This document shows positions 9,684-19,798 of a stretch of 64,000 bases of DNA, piece by piece. The first letter of the stretch is position 1, and every line of letters starts with the position of its first letter. This DNA comes from Waterburya sp. (GTDB taxonomy: Bacteria > Cyanobacteriota > Cyanobacteriia > Cyanobacteriales > Xenococcaceae). The notes under the pieces are model-generated. The model was not told where the DNA came from. It saw only the letters and a list, made by a program, of their open reading frames with translations, and did not search any database. The stretch is taken from the NCBI GenBank assembly GCA_965217895.1, contig CBDCJV010000001.1, positions 22,928 to 86,927 of the forward strand, in the 5' to 3' direction. The translations under genes were made by a program, and so were the position numbers.

Positions 9684-11669
9684 TTATTGTTTTGCCGATC
9701 TTTGGACGATACTGATAAAGGCATCTTCTAGAGAAAAAGGAATGGCTCGTTCTGAATGAATATCTAGGTGATGCTCTACTAAACTTTGCTTTAACTGAGA
9801 TAATTCTCGTTCTGGGTGTTCCAGCACCACATGGAGGCGATCGCCAAAAATCGAGACTTGCCAGGACTCTAGTTGGGTTTTGAGTAAGTCCGAAGCTTTT
9901 TGAGTATCCGACAGCACCATCTCGATCAACTGTCCTGGCTGTTGGGCTTTTATTTGACTGGGAGATCCCTGAGCGACAATTTCTCCTGCCACCATAAAAC
10001 CCATGCGATTGCAGTTTTCGGCTTCTTCTAAGTAATGGGTAGTCACCAGTATTGCCGTTCCCTCACGGGCAAAATCGCGAATTAACCGCCAAAATTGCCG
10101 TCGCGCCAAAGGATCGACTCCAGAAGTGGGTTCGTCTAAAAATAAGATTTCTGGTTCGTGCATCACCGAGGCACCAAAAGCAACGCGCTGCTTCCAGCCG
10201 CCGGGAAGACTTCTGGTGATGGTGTTTTCTCTGCCTACCAAACCACAGGTTGTTAACACCCAGTTAATTTTTTCTTGACGTAACTTACGGGGAATGCCAT
10301 ATACACCACAGTAAAATTCGAGATTTTGTTTGATAGAAAGATCGTCATACAGCGTAAATTTCTGACTCATATAGCCGAGGCGCGATCGCACTTGCGAACT
10401 GTGCAAATTTTCTGTCTGACCTGCCAAAGTCATGTTACCCGCACTAGACGGCAGCAAACCACACAGCATTTTAATTGTGGTCGTCTTCCCCGCTCCATTT
10501 GCCCCTAGCAAACCGTAAATTTCGCCATATTTTACTTCTATATCGATCCCTTTTACCGCTCGAAAATCTCCAAAGGTTTTTTGTAAATTAGACGCACCGA
10601 TGGCAGTTTTACGAGCGACAGAAGTTTCTGTTTCTATGCCATCTTTACTGCCACCGCGATATCGAGGAAAAGGAATATAGGTCGGATCCGAACCTTGTTG
10701 TCTCAGGCGGGTCACAAAGACATTTTCTAAGGTGGGTTCCTCTGCTTCAAGACTTGCTAATTTTAGTTGCTGTTGAGATAATATTTGGCGAATCTGGCTG
10801 CTGCCTTGTGAGACATCGGTAACTAAAACGTCCAGGCGATCGCCAAAGGATTGCAGATCGACAATAGTAGCTCCTTCTCGCGCTTCCTTAGAAGCAGATA
10901 AGTTCTCTTCGACAGCAGGCAAATTTTCGGCTCTTACTTCAAGTCGATGTAGACCTAGACTGTCTCTTAATTGAGTTAGAGTACCGAGTTGTTGAATTTC
11001 ACCCTGATAGATCAAAGCAATGCTATGACAGCGTTCTGCTTCATCTAAATAGGGAGTCGCTACGACAATAGTTACTCCTTCGGCAGCTACTGTAGCTAGT
11101 AAATCCCAAAACTCCCGACGGGACACGGGATCTACCCCAGTAGTCGGTTCGTCGAGCAATAAAATTTGCGGTTGGGCAATTAAAGCACAACAGAGGGCTA
11201 GTTTTTGCTTCATTCCTCCCGAAAGCTGACCTGCCAGACGATGAGGAATGCCCTCCAAGTCAAATAAGCCTAGCAGTCTGGCTTTTTGTTCGCGATATGT
11301 AGATTTTGCCAACTGACGCAGGCCAGCACTATAACGTAAATTTTCTTCAATACTCAAATCTTGATAGAGTGAAAACTTTTGCGTCAGATAGCCAATTTCC
11401 AATCTTGCTTGGCTGGGGGTTTTGCCCAAAACTTCAATCTTTCCTGCAGTTGCTTTCATCACTCCTGCTAAAATCTGAAAAGTGGTGGTTTTCCCCGCGC
11501 CATCGGGTCCGATTAAGCCAAAAATTTCTCCCTGACAAACGCTAAAATCAATGCCTTTTACCGCCACCAGCTTACCGTAATGCTTGTGTAGCCCTTCGAT
11601 CTTAATTGCCACGTTATCGGCGATCGCCGCTTGGTTAGAGTCGGGAGCGAGTGTCGAGTTATGATTCAT
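9684..11669 (-). CDS. ABC exporter ATP-binding protein with two ATPase domains (YbhF-like)
   Basis: Two Walker A motifs (GPDGAGKTT, GANGAGKTT), LSGGMKQ and LPGGWKQ signatures, LDEPT twice. Confidence 0.95.
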   Translation of the reverse strand: MNHNSTLAPDSNQAAIADNVAIKIEGLHKHYGKLVAVKGIDFSVCQGEIFGLIGPDGAGKTTTFQILAGVMKATAGKIEVLGKTPSQARLEIGYLTQKFSLYQDLSIEENLRYSAGLRQLAKSTYREQKARLLGLFDLEGIPHRLAGQLSGGMKQKLALCCALIAQPQILLLDEPTTGVDPVSRREFWDLLATVAAEGVTIVVATPYLDEAERCHSIALIYQGEIQQLGTLTQLRDSLGLHRLEVRAENLPAVEENLSASKEAREGATIVDLQSFGDRLDVLVTDVSQGSSQIRQILSQQQLKLASLEAEEPTLENVFVTRLRQQGSDPTYIPFPRYRGGSKDGIETETSVARKTAIGASNLQKTFGDFRAVKGIDIEVKYGEIYGLLGANGAGKTTTIKMLCGLLPSSAGNMTLAGQTENLHSSQVRSRLGYMSQKFTLYDDLSIKQNLEFYCGVYGIPRKLRQEKINWVLTTCGLVGRENTITRSLPGGWKQRVAFGASVMHEPEILFLDEPTSGVDPLARRQFWRLIRDFAREGTAILVTTHYLEEAENCNRMGFMVAGEIVAQGSPSQIKAQQPGQLIEMVLSDTQKASDLLKTQLESWQVSIFGDRLHVVLEHPERELSQLKQSLVEHHLDIHSERAIPFSLEDAFISIVQRSAKQ

Positions 11670-12945
11670 TATGTTCGCCCTCTTCTGGTTGGGTAATTAT
11701 TTCCCCATCAGCGGGCATACCTGGTTTGGCGAATCCATTGGGGTTATCGATATTGAGTCTCAAGCCAAACACCTGGTCTACGCGATCGCTGCGGAAATAA
11801 ATGTTTTCTGGGGTAAAGGAAGCTTCGGCATCAACTTTGGTTACACTGGCATCTAAGGGGCGATCGGGAGCAGAATCTAAAAATATTTGGGCTGGTTGTC
11901 CGACTCGCACGTTGCCAATTTCTCCTTCAGGAAGATAACCCCGCAAATATAAATTGTTGAGATTGACAATAGTCATTAAATTCGTCCCACTGGCAACTAC
12001 TTCACCTGGTTCGGTAGTTCTTGCCAGCACTACCCCATTGATGGGGCTGACAATTTGAAGATCGTCTAACTTGGCGACAATTTCGGCTTTTGCTGCCTTG
12101 GCATTTTCGACATCTGCCTTATCAGCCTCTACCTGTGCATTACTTTGAGCTAGTTGTTTGTTTAAACCTGTTAGCTTGGCTTGGTTAATTTGAGGATTAA
12201 AACTGCTGGTTTTGGCTTGAGTCAGTTCGGCTAAAAAGACATTTACTTGTCTTCGAGCGGCAACAACAGCAGCTTGACTGGCTCTGAGGGTTGCTTTAGA
12301 AGTATCAAAGTTAGTTTGGCTCTGGTCGAACCGCTGTTGGGTAATCACTCCTTCAGCAATTAGAGGCTCGTAGCGGTTGAGATCGGCTCGAGCCAGACGT
12401 TTTTGGGCTTGAGCCTGTTTGGCTTCTGACTGGGCTTGCGATAGTTGCGCTCGTGCGGCGGCTACTTTGGCTTGGGCGCGAGCGATCTCTCCTACAGCAT
12501 CGTCGCTAGACTGGCGGAGACTGAGTTGTGCTTCATCTATTTGACTGTTAATTACTTCAATTTCTAGTTGTGCTTGATTTACATCTTGCCGTGCGGCTTG
12601 AAGACGAGCTTCTGCACCTTTTAGTTGAGCTTGAAGTTCGGCATCGTCAAGCTGGGCAATAACCTGACCCGAAGCTACAAGATCGCCTTCTCTGACTGCG
12701 ATGTTTTCAATTTTTCCTCCTAACTTTGCTCCGACATCGGTTTCGTGACCTTCAATTCTGCCGCTTAACTCTAGTGAGTTATCTTTAGTTTGTCCCGCAA
12801 GATAATAGCGAATGCCAATGCCGATACCGAATAATAAGAAAACTATAGGCACTACAAAGCGCATGACACCCACGAACTTTGATAATTTCTCATTCTTGTC
12901 GTTATCGACCTTTTTTTTTTGGTCTTGAAAAGCTAATCCAGACAT
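11659..12945 (-). CDS. HlyD-family membrane fusion protein (YbhG-like)
   Basis: N-terminal TM helix, lipoyl half-motifs, long coiled coil, ASFTPENIY and AKPGMPADG. Confidence 0.93.
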   Translation of the reverse strand: MSGLAFQDQKKKVDNDKNEKLSKFVGVMRFVVPIVFLLFGIGIGIRYYLAGQTKDNSLELSGRIEGHETDVGAKLGGKIENIAVREGDLVASGQVIAQLDDAELQAQLKGAEARLQAARQDVNQAQLEIEVINSQIDEAQLSLRQSSDDAVGEIARAQAKVAAARAQLSQAQSEAKQAQAQKRLARADLNRYEPLIAEGVITQQRFDQSQTNFDTSKATLRASQAAVVAARRQVNVFLAELTQAKTSSFNPQINQAKLTGLNKQLAQSNAQVEADKADVENAKAAKAEIVAKLDDLQIVSPINGVVLARTTEPGEVVASGTNLMTIVNLNNLYLRGYLPEGEIGNVRVGQPAQIFLDSAPDRPLDASVTKVDAEASFTPENIYFRSDRVDQVFGLRLNIDNPNGFAKPGMPADGEIITQPEEGEHNES

Positions 12946-13129
12946 AATATTTTGTAAGCTAAAAGCATAATGTTCGTCATCAATTAATCAATTCACTGCT
13001 TACTTAGCAGTTATTTCAGATAAGGTCAGTTATCGAGTAAAGCATATTTAGATCCGAGGAGGGAAGTAGAAAAAATATTAACAATTGACAATTAAGCTAG
13101 TTTTTTGAAAATCATTGTATATTTTGTTA

Positions 13130-13456
13130 TTAGCAAGCTTCTGTTTCGATCCAGCGCTCGATTAAATTGTATAAAGCAGAACGCATCGTAATTCCCTTTT
13201 GAATACAGAAGATTTTAAAGCGAGTTTTAAGACATTTGGAAATATATCCTTTGAGATCTTCATCTTCTTCTTTAACTGGCTCTAAGATAAAATCATTAGT
13301 AGGAGCATCAGCTTGTATCCATTTTTTGATCGATTCCTCTAAAACTTTACTCATGGTTAAATTTTTTTGGGTACATCGAACCTTAAATTGAAATTTTAAG
13401 GAACTCGGCATTGAGACCTTGATAACTACGCGTTTTTCTCTATCTTCTTGATTCAC
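13130..13456 (-). CDS. Tandem ribbon-helix-helix (ParG-like) DNA-binding protein
   Basis: Two internal repeats LK..FK..C.QK..TM...L...I..WI; GTG start. Confidence 0.7.
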   Translation of the reverse strand: MNQEDREKRVVIKVSMPSSLKFQFKVRCTQKNLTMSKVLEESIKKWIQADAPTNDFILEPVKEEDEDLKGYISKCLKTRFKIFCIQKGITMRSALYNLIERWIETEAC

Positions 13457-13785
13457 TACTGTTTCATCTATTTAGTTACAAAAGTAATAAGGTACAAATG
13501 ATTATTCTCATCCTAAATAACTCAAAAATTTTCACCAGTGAAGTTTGGGAGGTTTAAAAAAAACATTATTGATAAACTGAATAAAGCTGAAATCAAGCGA
13601 AAAGCTGTTATCGAACCAAACTCAGAAAAATTGTATTAGTGCGCTCGAAAGTATTTCATAAAATCCTAATCTTCACTGGTAAAAAGCTGCCTGACCTTAG
13701 AAACTATAGGTTCAAGCCATAAATCTTGCTTGTGTTTATATAGTTTTCAAGCTCGATCCTAAAAAAGATTGATAAAACAAACCTC

Positions 13786-15132
13786 ATGCTCGATCTCACC
13801 GTCAATCTAATTGACTTTTACAACACAACTGACATAACTATTCAACCTCCTACTTTAGGAATGTCATTAAAAGGTTCGTTAGCTATTCCCGGCGATAAAT
13901 CTATTTCGCACCGTGCCCTAATGTTTGGTGCTCTAGCATTAGGAGAAACTCGAATTCGGGGATTATTATTAGGAGAAGATGTAATTAGTACCGCTAAATG
14001 TCTGCGTTCAGTAGGTGCAGAGATTTCCGATCTCACTGCCGAGGAAATTATGGTTACTGGTGGTTGGGAAAAACTACAAGAGCCATTAGATCTTCTAAAT
14101 GCTGGGAACTCAGGGACTACGATGCGTTTGATGTTAGGAATTTTAGCGGCTCAACCTAACTGTTTCTTTACCCTAAGTGGCGATCGCTCTTTACGTTCTC
14201 GTCCTATGTCTCGCGTAGTAAAACCCTTAACTCAAATGGGAGCGACAATTTGGGGCAGACAAAACAACAATTTAGCACCTTTGGCAATTAAAGGAAAAAA
14301 ATTACGTCCCATTCACTATCATTCTCCTGTAGCTTCGGCTCAAGTCAAATCTTGTATTCTCTTAGCGGGATTGATGAGCGAAGGAGCGACTACGATAACA
14401 GAACCAGCAAAATCTAGAGATCATAGCGAAAGAATGCTAAAAGCTTTTGGTGCGGATCTCCAAATCGACTCCGAAACTAACAGCGTTACTATAACTGGTG
14501 GTAAAGATTTACAAGGACAAGCGATTATAGTCCCTGGAGACATTAGTTCGGCAGCGTTTTGGTTAGTAGCTGCTTCTATTGTTCCTAATTCAAAACTAGT
14601 CTTGACCAATGTTGGGATTAACTCCACAAGAGCGGGGATTTTAGATGTTTTAAACCTCATGGGGGCAAATATTACCCTAGAAAAAGAAAGAACTGTCGCA
14701 GGAGAACCAATTGCTGATTTGCGCGTTCGTTACAGTTCCCTAAATGGATGCGAAATAGCAGGAGAATTAACTGTGCGCTCAATTGATGAAATTCCCATTA
14801 TTATCGTAGCTGCTGCTTTTGCTAAAGGAACAACGATTATTAAAGATGCTGCTGAGTTAAGGGTAAAAGAATGCGATCGCCTCTCAGTAATGGCTACTCA
14901 ATTGAGTTATATGGGAGCAAAAATTACCGAATATCCCGATGGCATAGAAATTCAAGGCGGACATCCTCTATCAGGTGCAGAAGTAGCAAGTCATGACGAC
15001 CATCGGATTGCCATGAGTTTGGCAGTAGCAGCTTTAGGGGCTTCAGGAAAAACTATGATCGAAGATGCTACCGCAGCCAATATTTCTTATCCTAGCTTTT
15101 TTGATAGTCTGCAACAAGTTTGTTATTCGTAG
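13786..15132 (+). CDS. aroA: 3-phosphoshikimate 1-carboxyvinyltransferase (EPSP synthase, class II)
   Basis: [36 protein letters not shown] motifs. Confidence 0.97.
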   Translation: MLDLTVNLIDFYNTTDITIQPPTLGMSLKGSLAIPGDKSISHRALMFGALALGETRIRGLLLGEDVISTAKCLRSVGAEISDLTAEEIMVTGGWEKLQEPLDLLNAGNSGTTMRLMLGILAAQPNCFFTLSGDRSLRSRPMSRVVKPLTQMGATIWGRQNNNLAPLAIKGKKLRPIHYHSPVASAQVKSCILLAGLMSEGATTITEPAKSRDHSERMLKAFGADLQIDSETNSVTITGGKDLQGQAIIVPGDISSAAFWLVAASIVPNSKLVLTNVGINSTRAGILDVLNLMGANITLEKERTVAGEPIADLRVRYSSLNGCEIAGELTVRSIDEIPIIIVAAAFAKGTTIIKDAAELRVKECDRLSVMATQLSYMGAKITEYPDGIEIQGGHPLSGAEVASHDDHRIAMSLAVAALGASGKTMIEDATAANISYPSFFDSLQQVCYS

Positions 15133-15178
15133 GGGCAATCTACTATTTCACCTCTAAATTATTCAAAGGAAAATAATC

Positions 15179-16267
15179 ATGGGTAGTACATTCGGACATT
15201 TATTTCGCATCACTAGCTTTGGTGAATCCCATGGCGGTGGCGTTGGTGTAGTCATTGATGGTTGTCCCCCGCAACTTGAAATATCAGCAGCAGAAATTCA
15301 AGTAGAATTAGACCGCAGAAAACCAGGACAAAGTAAGATCACTACCCCCAGGAAAGAAAGTGATACCTGTGAAATTATTTCTGGAGTTTTTGAAGGAAAA
15401 ACTTTAGGAACACCAATTTCAATCTTGGTTAGAAACAAAGATGCTCGCTCGCAAGATTACAATGAGATGGCAGTAAAATATCGCCCTTCCCATGCTGATG
15501 CTACCTACGATGCTAAATACGGCATTCGTAATTGGCAAGGTGGTGGTCGTTCTTCGGCTAGAGAAACCATTGGCAGAGTCGCAGCAGGTGCGATCGCCAA
15601 AAAAATTCTTTACTTAGTAGCTGGGATTGAAATAGTTGCTTACGTTAAACGGATTAAAGATCTAGAAGCGGTAGTAGATAGTAGTATTGTTACTCTAGAA
15701 CAAGTTGAAAGCAATATTGTTCGCTGTCCTAATGATGAATGTGCCGTAAAAATGATCGATGAGATCGATCGCGCCAGAAGAGATAAAGATTCTCTGGGTG
15801 GTGTAGTTGAATGTGTCGCCCGCAATGTCCCTCAAGGTTTAGGCGAACCAGTCTTCGATAAATTAGAGGCAGATTTAGCCAAAGGTATGATGTCTTTACC
15901 TGCTACCAAAGGATTTGAAATTGGTTCGGGGTTTGCGGGAACAACCATGACAGGAAGCGAACACAACGACGAGTATTATCTTGATGAAAACGGCAAGACT
16001 CGCACAATAACCAATCGTTCGGGGGGAATCCAAGGAGGTATTGCTAACGGCGAAAATATTGTTATTCGGGCTGCTTTTAAACCCACCGCCACTATCGGTA
16101 AAGAACAGCATACCGTTACTAAATCAGGTGAATCAACAACTTTAGCTGCTAAAGGCAGACACGATCCTTGTGTATTACCTAGAGCTGTTCCTATGGTTGA
16201 AGCTATGGTAGCTCTAGTCTTATGCGATCATCTGCTGCGCCATCATGCTCAATGTAAACTAATGTAG
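15179..16267 (+). CDS. aroC: Chorismate synthase (accessory copy)
   Basis: [28 protein letters not shown] motifs. Confidence 0.98.
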   Translation: MGSTFGHLFRITSFGESHGGGVGVVIDGCPPQLEISAAEIQVELDRRKPGQSKITTPRKESDTCEIISGVFEGKTLGTPISILVRNKDARSQDYNEMAVKYRPSHADATYDAKYGIRNWQGGGRSSARETIGRVAAGAIAKKILYLVAGIEIVAYVKRIKDLEAVVDSSIVTLEQVESNIVRCPNDECAVKMIDEIDRARRDKDSLGGVVECVARNVPQGLGEPVFDKLEADLAKGMMSLPATKGFEIGSGFAGTTMTGSEHNDEYYLDENGKTRTITNRSGGIQGGIANGENIVIRAAFKPTATIGKEQHTVTKSGESTTLAAKGRHDPCVLPRAVPMVEAMVALVLCDHLLRHHAQCKLM

Positions 16268-16277
16268 TTTTTAACAT

Positions 16278-16790
16278 ATGGATAGACAACTAAGACAAAG
16301 CAACATTTATCTAATTGGAATGATGGGATCGGGAAAAACCACCGTTGGTAAGTTACTCGCCGAGAAATTAGATTATTGTTTTTTTGATATCGACGTGGCA
16401 ATTGAAAAATTAGCCCAAAAAACTATTACTGAGATTTTTGCTATAGAAGGAGAAGCAAGATTTCGCGAATTAGAAAGTCAAACTTTGAGAAAGATATCTA
16501 CTTATCACCGAAGTGCGATCGCAACTGGTGGTGGAATCGTTCAAAGACCTGAAAACTGGAATTATCTTCGTACTGGCTCGATCGTTTGGCTTGATGCTGA
16601 CTTAAATTTACTCAATCGAAGACTAGCGGACGATAGCAGTAGACCTCTAGCCAATCAACTCGAATCATTATTAGCAACTCGCCGCTCTCTTTATGCCCAA
16701 GCCGATCTACATATCGCCATTAAGTCAGAACAAACTCCAGAAGATCTTGTCACTGAAATTATTGATTTACGCACTCGAAGAGCTAGTTAA
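16278..16790 (+). CDS. aroK: Shikimate kinase
   Basis: GMMGSGKTT, GEARFRELE, ATGGG, RPL motifs. Confidence 0.96.
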   Translation: MDRQLRQSNIYLIGMMGSGKTTVGKLLAEKLDYCFFDIDVAIEKLAQKTITEIFAIEGEARFRELESQTLRKISTYHRSAIATGGGIVQRPENWNYLRTGSIVWLDADLNLLNRRLADDSSRPLANQLESLLATRRSLYAQADLHIAIKSEQTPEDLVTEIIDLRTRRAS

Positions 16791-16862
16791 TTCTAATAGT
16801 TTAGCAGTTTGAGCAAATTGCGTCCCACAGGTAATACAAATATAGTTATTCATTAATACTTC

Positions 16863-17498
16863 TCAATTTTTGAGCTTGATTGCTACTTCTCCAACTCGGC
16901 TTCCCAAAGCACTAGCCATTTCTAAATCTTCCGACTTTGGCTCAAGTTCACCTTTTGCCCCTGCAATTGTCGTCGGACCATAGGGTGTGCCTCCTCTCGC
17001 TTCGGTGTGAATCATGCCAGGGACAGAATACGGTACGCCCACGATAATCATGCCTAAATGAATCAGCGGCACCATCATCGTGAGTAGGGTGGTTTCTTGA
17101 CCACCATGAGTGCTGGCTGTAGAAATGAAAACACCTGCTGGCTTGCCTTCCATTTCGCCATTAAGCCAAAGGCTGGTCATTGAATCAAATAGCTGTTTAA
17201 GTTGAGATGACATATTTCCAAAGCGAGTTGGCGTACCAAAAATAACCGCGTCAGCCGAACGTAAATCATCTAAAGAACAGATAGAAATATCCTGCTGCTG
17301 TTCCCAGATCTTTTGAGCAGCTTCATTACCGTCGATCGCCTTTTGCTTGACTTGCTCAAATTCTTCTACGCGACGGAAGACAACTTCCACGCCAGGAATT
17401 GTCTTTGCCCCTTTTTCAATGGCTCGCGCTAGCTCTAAAGTGTGACCATAAAGAGAATAGTAAACGATTAAAACTTTAACGGGAGTTTGGATAGACAT
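16863..17498 (-). CDS. wrbA: NAD(P)H:quinone oxidoreductase WrbA
   Basis: YSLYGHT, GTPTRFGNM, HGGQETT, GGTPYG motifs. Confidence 0.95.
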   Translation of the reverse strand: MSIQTPVKVLIVYYSLYGHTLELARAIEKGAKTIPGVEVVFRRVEEFEQVKQKAIDGNEAAQKIWEQQQDISICSLDDLRSADAVIFGTPTRFGNMSSQLKQLFDSMTSLWLNGEMEGKPAGVFISTASTHGGQETTLLTMMVPLIHLGMIIVGVPYSVPGMIHTEARGGTPYGPTTIAGAKGELEPKSEDLEMASALGSRVGEVAIKLKN

Positions 17499-17713
17499 AA
17501 TAGATTGGGGTAAATGGTTTGACTGAGATGGGAACTATTAACTAGTTGGACAAAATTAAATTCAACGGTAACGCTCGAAGTCATAAAGGACTTGTGCTAA
17601 AGCATACCGCTTTGAGACCGAAGGTAAGGCGCATAGTTCGCCGCAACTAATCCTTTAGGGCATATCTGCATGTAGTCAGAAGTCAGAAGTTCCAAAGCGA
17701 AAATAGGATACAT

Positions 17714-18136
17714 TTAAGGTTTTTCAGGCTTGGAAATTGCAGCAATCGCATCTATTTCAAACAACATACCATCCCCCGCTAGTCGAGGCACGGGTATTAA
17801 AGTACTAGCTGGTTTGATTAGATCGTCTGGCCACATGGCATTTCGTTCTGCTGAAATCAGCTTCTGTTTTTCAGCATCGTGATTAACCGAAAGTACCGTA
17901 ATTTTCACGACCTGCTCTGGAGTTGCGTCTGCTGCTGCTAAAGCCTTACGGAGACTAGTAAAAGCTTGCTTAAGTTGAGCTTCAAAATCACCTAGATTTC
18001 CCTGTTCATCTCGACCACCTTGTCCTGCAATAAAAATGAGAGTTCGATCGGGAGGTATGATCGCAATGTTGGTAAAGCCGAAATTAGACGGACTTCCCAG
18101 TTCGGGTGGATTGATACGCTGTATTTCTTGAGACAT
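17714..18136 (-). CDS. RidA/YjgF/UK114 family protein
   Basis: IFIAGQ, PASTLIPVPRLA, FEIDAIA; start MSQEIQ at 18136. Confidence 0.88.
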   Translation of the reverse strand: MSQEIQRINPPELGSPSNFGFTNIAIIPPDRTLIFIAGQGGRDEQGNLGDFEAQLKQAFTSLRKALAAADATPEQVVKITVLSVNHDAEKQKLISAERNAMWPDDLIKPASTLIPVPRLAGDGMLFEIDAIAAISKPEKP

Positions 18137-18158
18137 AATAAATTTGAGAATTATATTT

Positions 18159-19073
18159 TTATACTTTGCGTGTTGATTTAGCAGAGGAAGAACCTTTAGA
18201 TGCATCTTTGTTTTTAGGAGAGCTAGCCTGCTGCCCAATAACAACGCTAACTAATATAGTTGCCACCCCAATTAGTTGAATCGCTGTAAAAGTCTCCTGT
18301 AAAAAAACATATCCGATCAACGTTGCGACCACAGGACTTAGTAGCCCCAAATATGAGACAGCCGTAGGGTTAAGCTTACTAATTCCGCGAAACCAAAGTG
18401 CGTAGGCAAGTCCAGTGCCAATCAGTCCTAGATAGATAAAGCCCCACAAATTAATCCTCGTCAGTTCGGCAAATGTTCCCTCGGTTATTAAAGCAATTGG
18501 CAGCAGAATTAGTCCACCGACGGTTAGCTGCCATGCGGTAAAGACCATTAGAGAAACCCTAGGCTTCCATCGTTTTACCAGCACAGTACCCAGTCCCATA
18601 GCGACCGCACCACCTAGTGCTGCAATAATGCCGATAGTGTCAAGCTTGGCGCCAGGTTCGAGTACTAATAGACCAACGCCAATGAATCCTGCGATCGCGG
18701 CAAAAATAAATATTTTAGAAGGTTTTACGCTCAATATCTGCCAGGCGAACAGTCCAACTAACAAGGGTTGAATCGCCCCCGCTGTAGCTGCTACACCCCC
18801 AGGAAGGCGATAGGCTGCCACAAACAACAGTGCTTGGAAAACGCCAATATTTAGACCGCCCAAAATCAAGATCTTCCACCACCAGTCACCTTTAGGTAGC
18901 TTTCTCAGACCAATAGTGAGTAAAAGTCCAATGGGAAGCGATCGCATTGAAGCCACTAATAACGGATGGTTAGGCGGTAAGAATTCTGTCGCCACAGCGT
19001 AGGTCGTTCCCCAGGAAATCGGTGCTAAAGCTGTTAGCAGTATATTAGATAAACGACCTGTAGGAGCATTCAT
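18159..19073 (-). CDS. EamA/DMT exporter, PecM-like
   Basis: WGTTY, AAYRLPGGVAAT, about 10 TM helices; divergent from a MarR gene. Confidence 0.9.
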   Translation of the reverse strand: MNAPTGRLSNILLTALAPISWGTTYAVATEFLPPNHPLLVASMRSLPIGLLLTIGLRKLPKGDWWWKILILGGLNIGVFQALLFVAAYRLPGGVAATAGAIQPLLVGLFAWQILSVKPSKIFIFAAIAGFIGVGLLVLEPGAKLDTIGIIAALGGAVAMGLGTVLVKRWKPRVSLMVFTAWQLTVGGLILLPIALITEGTFAELTRINLWGFIYLGLIGTGLAYALWFRGISKLNPTAVSYLGLLSPVVATLIGYVFLQETFTAIQLIGVATILVSVVIGQQASSPKNKDASKGSSSAKSTRKV

Positions 19074-19077
19074 AATT

Positions 19078-19199
19078 TATCTTGATGTTAAGATACTTGA
19101 TATCGATATTATAAGATTTATCTTGACATAAAGATACTCGATCTCAAAACTATTTTCCAGATCTAGATGTCAGGCAGTCTTTATCTTGGTGTTAAGATT
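19078..19199. promoter_or_regulatory. Three MarR/PecS-type palindromic operators TATCTT-N6-AAGAT(A)
   Basis: TATCTTGATGTTAAGATA 19078-19095, TATCTTGACATAAAGATA 19119-19136, TATCTTGGTGTTAAGATT 19182-19199. Confidence 0.85.
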
Positions 19200-19231
19200 A
19201 TTAAAATCGAGACTCTATACAATAAGTTTTA

Positions 19232-19723
19232 ATGGCTAACGATCTAGTTGATAAAATTTTGGCGCAGTGGCAAAAAGAGCGTCCTCAATTAGATGCTTCG
19301 CCAATGGGTATATTAGGTAGAACACCACGGCTAGCTAAACATTTAACCAGAGAAATTAGCCAAACATTAGCTAAATTTGATTTAAATCCTGGAGAATTTG
19401 ATGTTTTGGCTACACTCCGTCGCTCAGGTAAGCCCTATCAACTTTCGCCAACCGAGTTATATAACTCAATGATGGTCACATCTGGAACAATGACCCATCG
19501 TATTGACGGCTTGGAAAAAGCAGAACTTGTAGAACGCATTCGAGACCCAAGCGATCGCCGAGGCCTACTAATTCATTTGACTGATAAAGGTTTTAATTTA
19601 ATCGAGAAGGCAGTAGAAGCTCATGTCGAGAATGGACATCATATTCTTAGTGTTTTGGAAGACTCAGAGCTTAAAACATTGAATATGCTGCTGCGTAAGC
19701 TTTTGATTTCCATAGAAGAGTAG
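19232..19723 (+). CDS. MarR-family regulator, PecS/UrtR-like
   Basis: QWQKERPQLD N-terminal helix, EFDVLATLRRSG, SGTMT, DRRG. Confidence 0.92.
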   Translation: MANDLVDKILAQWQKERPQLDASPMGILGRTPRLAKHLTREISQTLAKFDLNPGEFDVLATLRRSGKPYQLSPTELYNSMMVTSGTMTHRIDGLEKAELVERIRDPSDRRGLLIHLTDKGFNLIEKAVEAHVENGHHILSVLEDSELKTLNMLLRKLLISIEE

Positions 19724-19798
19724 CGGTTACATCTATCTAGACATAGGCGAGAAAATTGGTGTTTTTGTAGCGTGTGATACTGTTGACGAACCTTATGT

